A DNA stretch of 4,853 bases from a virus (taxonomy: Duplodnaviria > Heunggongvirae > Uroviricota > Caudoviricetes). The DNA lies in the IMG/VR virus record IMGVR_UViG_2706794665_000004, one strand, 5' to 3'. The notes beneath the pieces are model-generated. The model ran no database searches. It had not been told where the DNA came from and saw only the letters and a program-made list of their open reading frames with translations. This document shows, one piece after another, positions 1 through 4,853 of the stretch. The translations under genes were made by a program, and so were the position numbers. Within the stretch, counting starts at the first letter, position 1; each line of letters begins with the position of its first letter.

Positions 1-152
1 GACAAAGTCATCGGGCATTATCTGAACATAAAACACTATCAATAAGTTGGAGTCATTACCAAAAAAACCGCCGAAACGGGTTAAGTGCGGGTGCGTTGAG
101 GATGCCTGACACATCAAAGGTGGCGGGAGATTACTCTCCCGCCTGGTCACTC

Positions 153-308
153 TTACTCTCTAGATTCGTAGTCTACGAAAACAGCGACCTCCGTCTGGCC
201 GATTCGGATTCGTACCTCGCAGAGGTCTTTCCTCGTTACCAGTGCCGTCACAATGACGGTTAAACAGATGACGATCAGGGCGATTAACATCGCCTTTTGC
301 TGCTTCAT
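153..308 (-). CDS. hok: Hok/Gef-family type I toxin, 51 aa (MKQQKAMLIALIVICLTVIVTALVTRKDLCEVRIRIGQTEVAVFVDYESRE)
   Basis: Internal ATG at 306-308 of the 70-aa ORF, preceded by AAGGAG about 9 nt upstream. Single transmembrane helix, conserved RKDLCE and GQTEVA motifs, TAA stop at 153-155. From memory the first ~35 residues match E. coli HokD/HokC and the C-terminus diverges; not verified by search. Confidence 0.85.
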   Translation of the reverse strand: MKQQKAMLIALIVICLTVIVTALVTRKDLCEVRIRIGQTEVAVFVDYESRE

Positions 309-365
309 AGCCTGCTTCTCCTTGCCTTTCGGCACGTAAGAGGCTAACCTACATTTGTGAGACAT
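153..365 (-). CDS. mok: Mok-like leader ORF, in-frame 19-codon N-terminal extension of hok (MSHKCRLASYVPKGKEKQA + Hok)
   Basis: ATG at 363-365 opens the same frame as hok. The 70-aa product resembles, from memory, chromosomal MokC (basic leader ...KVKEKRAM fused in frame to Hok). Hok/sok biology: mok translation is needed for hok translation. Only a weak GAGG lies upstream. Confidence 0.45.
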   Translation of the reverse strand: MSHKCRLASYVPKGKEKQAMKQQKAMLIALIVICLTVIVTALVTRKDLCEVRIRIGQTEVAVFVDYESRE

Positions 366-415
366 AGATTGGGCCTCAGATTAATGTTAAGCGTCTTGCA
401 GGACGCGTAATGTTA
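357..415 (+). ncRNA. Putative Sok-like antisense RNA complementary to the mok start region (position inferred by analogy, ends not defined)
   Basis: By analogy with hok/sok loci the antitoxin RNA lies antisense across the mok start. Candidate promoter on + strand by eye: TTGCCT 322-327, 17-bp spacer, TAACCT 345-350. Small hairpin GCGTC/GACGC at 391-406, but no clear U-tract terminator. Confidence 0.2.
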
Positions 416-646
416 ACTGGGGCTTTTCTCTGTCTGCCTTACAGTGACATACCCGAGGCAGACAGCCTCAAGCACCCGCAGCAATCTTACCGACACCGAT
501 AAGAAAACGCTATTTTTTATTGCCAGCACCATCTATCCAGGCTAGTTTATCTGCGTCAGAACGGCGCAATGCGCTCGCCTGAGATACGTTTACTTGCCAT
601 GGTAACAACAGGTAACGGCAATTGCTGTTTCTGTTTTGTTTCCTTC

Positions 647-684
647 AAAAACCCCGGACCATCAATCCGGGGTTTTTGTTTGTT
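647..684. terminator. Bidirectional Rho-independent terminator
   Basis: Perfect 7-bp GC-rich stem CCCCGGA (652-658) / TCCGGGG (666-672) with 7-nt loop, flanked by A5 (647-651) and TTTTTGTTTGTT (673-684). This gives a U-tract on both strands. It sits about 80 nt downstream of the DUF551-like gene stop. Confidence 0.75.
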
Positions 685-762
685 AACCCCAACGGCAAAT
701 CGAATACACCACCAGCGCCACCGCCATCGCAATTCCTACCGTGGTGAATGCCTCAGGCCAGG

Positions 763-1128
763 TCATTGATTCACCTCCTGCGGTGGTTCCGGTAGCGGCA
801 TCCAGTGAGTTGAGCTCTCTACTTCAACGCCGTCTTTGTCCACAAAAGCCATCTTATTCCCGCCACGAGTGGGGCAAAAAACCTTATCCCAGGAACCGGG
901 GAATACATTCCCGAGATCATCGAGAAGAATCACATCGCAATATTCAGCAGGAACTGCATCACTACAGCTTATCCAGCCAGCCGGAGCTACCGGAGAGTTG
1001 CCAGCCTTACGCATGGCCATTTCCACGATTTCAACCATATCTCCTGGTGGAATTTTACAAAGTTGCCCAATACATTTCTGCTGCCTGGCATATTCGAGAA
1101 TGTGCTCCAGTTTGGTTCGATTAATCAT
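763..1128 (-). CDS. DUF551-like phage protein, 121 aa
   Basis: ATG at 1126-1128 with GGGAGA Shine-Dalgarno upstream; its start overlaps the TAA stop of the upstream gene (TAATG). C-terminal motif ...GWIS...THWMPLPEPP is as I recall for DUF551 family phage proteins. TGA stop at 763-765. Confidence 0.75.
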   Translation of the reverse strand: MINRTKLEHILEYARQQKCIGQLCKIPPGDMVEIVEMAMRKAGNSPVAPAGWISCSDAVPAEYCDVILLDDLGNVFPGSWDKVFCPTRGGNKMAFVDKDGVEVESSTHWMPLPEPPQEVNQ

Positions 1129-1793
1129 TATTTATCTCCCTTAAGCATGGCAGCGCGGCAGGCGTTCCAGCCATCAACATAATCAAACGTATTACTATCG
1201 TTTGGCCCGATTTCATCCGGCACTATCGGCTCTGGTTGGATAGTGACGTTGGCAAAGGCAGCACGCAAACCGGTTTTAATTTCTTCGATTTCATCAGAGC
1301 CAAGCGATGAATCTGACAGTGCGTGATGGAATGCGTAAGCCATGTCGTCGTTTACTGCAACCGGCACTGCCGGCGCTGCGTAAAGCGGTGTTATATCTGC
1401 CCGAAAATCACATGCTTTATGCAGTCGTACCCAACACTCAACTTCCGCTTTGTCAAAATATATAGCAGTGAACGTATTAGATTCCTGGTCAACTTGAGTA
1501 AACGTCACCTTCCACGCTACAGCTACGGCTTTCCATCCATCAGGTTGTCGCATTCGCGGGGCAGCATAAAGCTCATGCATTCCATCAGGCAGCGAGTGAC
1601 CCACATACTCACCGAACCCGTCAATACACATGCCCCCATCTTCAACAATGCATTCCGCTACAGGCTCTGCTTCCAGTGATGCCAGAGCGATAAGCGCCAG
1701 TTCACGAATTTCACCGCCGTCTATATCGTCAATATCATCGCGGCCAGAAATGTTAGCCAGCCATTGCAGTCGCTCTTTGGTAATAGTGGTCAT
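1128..1793 (-). CDS. Hypothetical acidic phage protein, 221 aa
   Basis: ATG at 1791-1793 overlaps the HNH gene stop (ATGA), with GAAGGGG Shine-Dalgarno upstream. By hand count about 39 Asp/Glu versus 17 Lys/Arg. Internal repeat of an L-Y-A-A-P motif (HELYAAPRM and ITPLYAAPAV). No family recognised. Confidence 0.75.
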   Translation of the reverse strand: MTTITKERLQWLANISGRDDIDDIDGGEIRELALIALASLEAEPVAECIVEDGGMCIDGFGEYVGHSLPDGMHELYAAPRMRQPDGWKAVAVAWKVTFTQVDQESNTFTAIYFDKAEVECWVRLHKACDFRADITPLYAAPAVPVAVNDDMAYAFHHALSDSSLGSDEIEEIKTGLRAAFANVTIQPEPIVPDEIGPNDSNTFDYVDGWNACRAAMLKGDK

Positions 1794-2155
1794 GCCGTAG
1801 CCCCTTCTTGATATTTTTCAAACCAGAACACAACCGGGTCAGATTTCATTTCAACCAATCCCATACGAACCAGCGCTTTGCCTTTCCCGGACGCAAGGAA
1901 TTCACGACGACCATCACTGATAATTCGTCGATAATCTTCCAGGCTACTGCAATGCTTGTGCAGATTGCATGGGTGGCATGCTGGTACCATGTTGGATATA
2001 TCGTCACGTTCCTGGTGAAGCATATTTCCATCAAAACGAATGACCGGTTTTACATGGTCTGCATGCCACTTTTCGCCAAGTTCGCAGCCGCAATAAGCGC
2101 AGCGACCACCGAACTTCATGCGCAGTTCTGCACGTTGTTTTTTCGTCAGTGCCAT
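1790..2155 (-). CDS. HNH (His-Me finger) endonuclease, 121 aa
   Basis: Motifs CAYCGC (CxxC), WHADHVKP (catalytic His), NMVPACHPCNLHK (second CxxC plus Asn/His), the classic zinc-binding HNH arrangement. Start placed at the internal ATG 2153-2155, which has AAGGAAAG upstream; the 30-codon extension to 2245 has no motif support. Confidence 0.88.
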   Translation of the reverse strand: MALTKKQRAELRMKFGGRCAYCGCELGEKWHADHVKPVIRFDGNMLHQERDDISNMVPACHPCNLHKHCSSLEDYRRIISDGRREFLASGKGKALVRMGLVEMKSDPVVFWFEKYQEGATA

Positions 2156-2156
2156 A

Positions 2157-2375
2157 TCAGCTTTCCTTATACGGATTAATTTTATTGTGCAGTGTGTTGA
2201 ATGACGCCCATACCACGTCGTTATACAATTCAATAACTGGCTCAATTATTTTTCCGATTATCCAGACAAAAATTAGCGGGGATATCGGTGTCATCAACAC
2301 GATAAACAGAATGAGAAACAGGAATTCTGTTGTTCTACTCTTTCGCGGATATTTTTTTCTAAATAATGTAACCAT
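2157..2375 (-). CDS. Possible small membrane protein, 72 aa (MVTLFRKKYPRKSRTTEFLFLILFIVLMTPISPLIFVWIIGKII...)
   Basis: ORF with a basic N-terminus followed by one strongly hydrophobic transmembrane-like segment. Its TGA stop (2157-2159) lies 1 nt from the HNH ATG, consistent with translational coupling. Against it: AT-rich with rare codons, weak Shine-Dalgarno partly buried in a hairpin; could be noncoding. Confidence 0.3.
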   Translation of the reverse strand: MVTLFRKKYPRKSRTTEFLFLILFIVLMTPISPLIFVWIIGKIIEPVIELYNDVVWASFNTLHNKINPYKES

Positions 2376-2380
2376 TCATT

Positions 2381-2398
2381 ACCGCCCTTTCGGGCGGT
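2381..2398 (-). terminator. GC-rich hairpin with GAAA tetraloop (ACCGCCC-GAAA-GGGCGGT on minus strand), possible partial terminator or attenuator between replication genes and the HNH cassette
   Basis: Perfect 7-bp stem and 4-nt loop seen directly in sequence. The downstream minus-strand sequence AAUGAAUGGUUACAUUAUUU is only moderately U-rich, so function as an intrinsic terminator is uncertain. Confidence 0.3.
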
Positions 2399-2467
2399 CT
2401 CCTGATGATTTGAGGGTGCAGAAATCCCTCCGGTTAAGGATTAAATTTTTAACAGTGCTAAATTTAA

Positions 2468-2881
2468 TTATTCAGTTCTGGATTTTGTCGCCCTGCGTAT
2501 CCGCGCTTTCGCGTTACGCTCAATCTGTATCAGCTTTTCTATATTTCTCCGCCTTTCCTGTTCCTCCTGGCGCAATAGCCTTACATCATCTGCCAGTCTG
2601 GTTTCTCTTTTTGCCACAGAGAGCATCCAGTCAAACGGCTCCACAACCGCACCGCAGATTTTACAGCGGACCTGACGCTCTTTTTCGTCAACCCGGACAG
2701 AGGCGTGATGGCAATATGGTCTTTCCGATGGTTCATAAAGAAAATTAACCTGATTACGTGGGTCATCCTCTTTTACCGGAAATAAAACGATATTGCTTAA
2801 CTCATCTTGGTGATGCTGCCAACTTACTGATTTAGTGTATGATGGTGTTTTTGAGGTGCGAAGCCTGATAGCTAATTTCAT
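2468..2881 (-). CDS. Hypothetical phage protein with putative zinc-ribbon (C-H-H ... CxxC) and basic coiled-coil C-terminus, 137 aa
   Basis: ATG at 2879-2881 immediately follows the TGA of the upstream gene (TGAATG), with AGGAGG 11 nt upstream. Motif PYCHHASVRVDEKERQVRCKICG. TAA stop at 2468-2470. Confidence 0.7.
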   Translation of the reverse strand: MKLAIRLRTSKTPSYTKSVSWQHHQDELSNIVLFPVKEDDPRNQVNFLYEPSERPYCHHASVRVDEKERQVRCKICGAVVEPFDWMLSVAKRETRLADDVRLLRQEEQERRRNIEKLIQIERNAKARIRRATKSRTE

Positions 2882-3304
2882 TCACAGTATCGCCTCCTGA
2901 AAATTACCCTGATAGAAAGCCAGTACACGCTGCATAGCTTCGCTCTTCCGGCACTCGCGACAGATTATATTCAGGCGCCTGTCGTAGCGGCGTATTTCTC
3001 CGTCAGGTAATGACCAGATAAGGTCCGGATCAACAACAACCGGTTTCCTCACCTTTACTCTCGAGAGTTTTTTGCGGGCGCTTTGCCAGTCCTTGCGAGC
3101 CTGTTCAGACGGGAATAAGCCGTAGCCAGAATTATATACATCACCACTTGCGACCAGTTCTATGCATAAGCGACCGACAGACGCACGACTGATACCTGTT
3201 TCATCTGACAACTGCCGAATCGTGACCCGACCGTCCTGATGCACGAGTTCCACAATTCGCGTCTTCAGTTCTTCCCGCTGTTCGGGAGTAAAAGGTTTCG
3301 CCAT
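2882..3304 (-). CDS. Winged-helix/HTH DNA-binding protein, 140 aa
   Basis: ATG at 3302-3304 with strong AGGAGG Shine-Dalgarno (3309-3314 on + strand). HTH-like segment TIRQLSDETGISRASVGRLCIELVASG. Located directly downstream of the DnaC-like gene. Confidence 0.78.
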   Translation of the reverse strand: MAKPFTPEQREELKTRIVELVHQDGRVTIRQLSDETGISRASVGRLCIELVASGDVYNSGYGLFPSEQARKDWQSARKKLSRVKVRKPVVVDPDLIWSLPDGEIRRYDRRLNIICRECRKSEAMQRVLAFYQGNFQEAIL

Positions 3305-3318
3305 AAATCCTCCTGAAA

Positions 3319-4065
3319 CTACTTAACAACCCTCGAATGGCTAACATTCGGACGCCAGCTCTCCCAGTTAAAATTCACCCAGCGCCCGCCGTTCATGACC
3401 ATGCGATCCATCACCCGCTCGCCGAGCAATGTTTTCATCACCTCATAGTTCAGGTTTGTCAGCATCCCCACGCTGCGCATCGACGCTGTCCGGCGATCAA
3501 CAATCTGGTGCAGCACCACCTGCTCGTTTTTCGTCTCGCGCTGAATGCCAATTTCATCAAGAACCAGCAGATCCACTTCGCACAGCTCCCGCAAAAATTT
3601 TTCGCCTGACTGCCCGTCGTCATAGCTGGCGTGCAGGGCGCTCATAACATCAGCCACGGTAACCACAATCACTGTCTGACCGTCTTTCAGCAGGCGATTC
3701 CCGATAGCTGCCGCTAAGTGATTCTTCCCGGTACCAGGTTTTCCGCTGAACGCAAAATTTGTACACCCGGTCATCAGTTCATCGGCGATGGATTTCGCCT
3801 GGCTTAACGCGTATCGCTGGCCGTCGTTCTGCACCTGGTAATTCGCAAACGAGCATTTACGGTGCAACGGCTGGATGCCTGAGCGATTCAGAATTTTTTC
3901 CACCCGCAACTGGCGATTCAGGCGGTTGATCTCCTCGCTACGTTTCTGGCCTTCAGCAAGTTGCCACTCGCGCCACTCCGCTACCGTTCTGAATGGGGCG
4001 GTTACATGTGGCGGGGTCAGTCGGCGGATGCGTTCCAGAACGCCGCCTGTCGCAATATTTTTCAT
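3319..4065 (-). CDS. ydaV: Prophage DnaC-family AAA+ helicase loader / replication protein (YdaV-like), 248 aa
   Basis: Walker A motif GKPGTGKNHL, Walker B-like DLLVLDEIG, overall DnaC/IstB-like architecture. N-terminus MKNIATGGVLERIRRL resembles Rac prophage YdaV as I recall it; symbol is by similarity, not verified. ATG 4063-4065, TAG stop 3319-3321. Confidence 0.9.
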   Translation of the reverse strand: MKNIATGGVLERIRRLTPPHVTAPFRTVAEWREWQLAEGQKRSEEINRLNRQLRVEKILNRSGIQPLHRKCSFANYQVQNDGQRYALSQAKSIADELMTGCTNFAFSGKPGTGKNHLAAAIGNRLLKDGQTVIVVTVADVMSALHASYDDGQSGEKFLRELCEVDLLVLDEIGIQRETKNEQVVLHQIVDRRTASMRSVGMLTNLNYEVMKTLLGERVMDRMVMNGGRWVNFNWESWRPNVSHSRVVK

Positions 4066-4071
4066 GGTCCG

Positions 4072-4748
4072 TTACCCCCTGAAGCCTGGCGGGATCGCAC
4101 TGTCCGGCAACGAGACGGTGTTAACCTGTCGGAGCAACGTCTCAGGCCGAACACCTTTCGGCGCGAACAGGCCCTGGTATTCATTGGCGATGCTGTGTCG
4201 AATCACCTGCTCAGGTGTAAAACCCTGCTGACGGAATTTTTCCAGTTCCCGTATCGCCCCGTTAGCGCCCTGCTCCGTTCGAATCGGTTTTCGCAATGCC
4301 TGTCTGAACCGGACCCACTCATGCCAGAGTGTTTCCGGCAACCAATCGGGCAGCTCAATAGCCTCCGGCTCGAATTTTTTAGACGCTCGTTTTTGGCGAG
4401 GGGGAGATCAGTATTTAGATCTTCCTCTTCCTCTTCCTCTGGTAACGCTTTTTGATCCGTTTGTGTAACGCTGGCAGCGTTACCTTTTCGTTTCAGTTCG
4501 CGTATTTTTGTTACTCGCTCGTTTGTAACCGCCCGTTTTTTTTAGAGCTTTTTCCGTTATGACGTTCAAAGTTAGGTAGAGAAAGCCCTCCGTCATTTTC
4601 GACCAGCCATCCAACCTGAATTAACGCATCAGCAAAACCAGACATAAAAGTGATGCGATCTATTGCACTTTTTGTAACGCCGCGAGCGTTACAATCTGCA
4701 TTACCGTCTATCATTTGTTGATCCGCCCATGCCCAGAAGCGAATAACC
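4072..4748 (-). pseudogene. Disrupted ydaU-like (DUF1376-type) replication-initiator gene: 5' end truncated by IS insertion and split over three reading frames
   Basis: Three consecutive stop-free minus-strand frames tile the region: 4748-4514, about 4541-4380, and 4407-4075. The switches fall at an A8 run (4536-4543) and an A6 run (4375-4380) on the coding strand. Position immediately upstream of the DnaC-like gene matches the ydaU-ydaV arrangement in Rac. The 87-aa ORF's apparent GTG start (4772-4774) lies inside the IS terminal repeat. Confidence 0.6.
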
Positions 4749-4853
4749 TGAGGTAGCCTGAGTTTAACGGACACTCCTTCCTGAAATAGAATGGCATCAG
4801 AAGGAGCTAATAATGAGCAGAAAAACCCAACGTTACTCTAAAGAGTTCAAAGC
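4749..4853 (+). mobile_element. Left end of an IS3-family insertion sequence (IS600-like), continuing beyond the window
   Basis: Terminus begins TGAGGTAGCCTGAG at 4749 (IS3-family ends start with TG). AAGGAG at 4801-4806 and orfA ATG at 4813, about 64 nt from the end, as typical for the family. Assignment to IS600 is from memory of its end sequence and OrfA N-terminus. Confidence 0.8.
4813..4853 (+). CDS. IS3-family transposase OrfA, N-terminal fragment (MSRKTQRYSKEFK...), runs off window
   Basis: ATG at 4813 with AAGGAG 6 nt upstream. N-terminal sequence has the basic, KEFK-containing start typical of IS3-family OrfA HTH proteins. Confidence 0.8.
   Translation, partial: MSRKTQRYSKEFK

Noticed and set aside
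409-501. 30-codon plus-strand ORF (MLTGAFLCLPYSDIPEADSLKHPQQSYRHR) with AGGA upstream
   Set aside because: Short, no recognisable features, and lies in the presumed hok leader / sok region where RNA structure is the more likely function; cannot be supported without expression data.
569-769. Plus-strand 66-aa ORF
   Set aside because: Runs straight through the bidirectional terminator hairpin, has no credible Shine-Dalgarno, and gives a low-complexity Cys/His/Arg-rich product; most likely chance ORF.
741-1144. Plus-strand ORFs 741..1124 and 836..1144
   Set aside because: Antisense to the DUF551-like gene, which has a coupled start, an RBS and a recognisable motif; they overlap each other in different frames and show no motifs.
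1323-2179. Plus-strand ORFs 1323..1679 and 1808..2179, and minus-strand ORF 1846..2034
   Set aside because: They overlap the 221-aa and HNH genes, in antisense or in an alternative frame; products are Cys/His/Phe-rich with no motifs, so treated as shadow ORFs.
2156-2245. 30-codon N-terminal extension of the HNH ORF (start at 2245)
   Set aside because: The internal ATG at 2155 has a good AAGGAAAG Shine-Dalgarno and HNH motifs begin just after it; the extension overlaps the putative small ORF in another frame and has no RBS.
2149-2766. Plus-strand 199-aa ORF 2149..2748 and minus-strand 61-aa ORF 2581..2766
   Set aside because: The first spans the AT-rich spacer and is antisense to the 137-aa gene with no RBS; the second is an alternative frame inside the 137-aa gene. 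Both judged spurious.
3337-4455. Plus-strand ORFs 3337..3609, 3429..3647, 3875..4231 and 3961..4455
   Set aside because: All are antisense to the well-supported DnaC-like and ydaU-like coding regions; products are Arg/Ser/His-rich as expected for the reverse strand of GC-rich coding DNA.
4511-4774. 87-aa minus-strand ORF as an independent intact gene
   Set aside because: Its GTG start and first 8-9 codons lie inside the IS terminal repeat, so it is a fusion artefact of the insertion; it is better read as the truncated N-terminal part of the ydaU-like pseudogene.
1-4853. CRISPR arrays, tRNA or rRNA genes, phage attachment site
   Set aside because: No regularly spaced direct repeats, no cloverleaf-like tRNA candidates and no rRNA-like segments were found by eye; no integrase or tRNA is present to anchor an att site.

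Overview
This window reads as the early/replication region of a lambdoid (Rac-like) prophage from an Enterobacteriaceae genome, probably E. coli or Shigella, with almost all genes on the minus strand. From high to low coordinates: the left end of an IS3-family element (IS600-like) at 4749-4853 has inserted into a ydaU-like replication gene, which also carries two apparent frameshifts at poly-A runs. An intact DnaC-family helicase-loader gene follows, then a translationally coupled pair (winged-helix protein and zinc-ribbon protein), a structured AT-rich spacer, and a tightly coupled cassette: possible small membrane ORF, HNH endonuclease, acidic 221-aa protein, DUF551-like protein. A strong bidirectional terminator (647-684) closes this block. 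Beyond it lies a Hok/Gef-family type I toxin gene with an in-frame Mok-like leader ORF. No tRNA, rRNA or CRISPR array was seen. Family assignments rest on motifs read by eye and remembered sequences; no database search was run. The most interesting candidates are the unannotated small membrane ORF and the coupled HNH cassette, but nothing here is demonstrably a new system.
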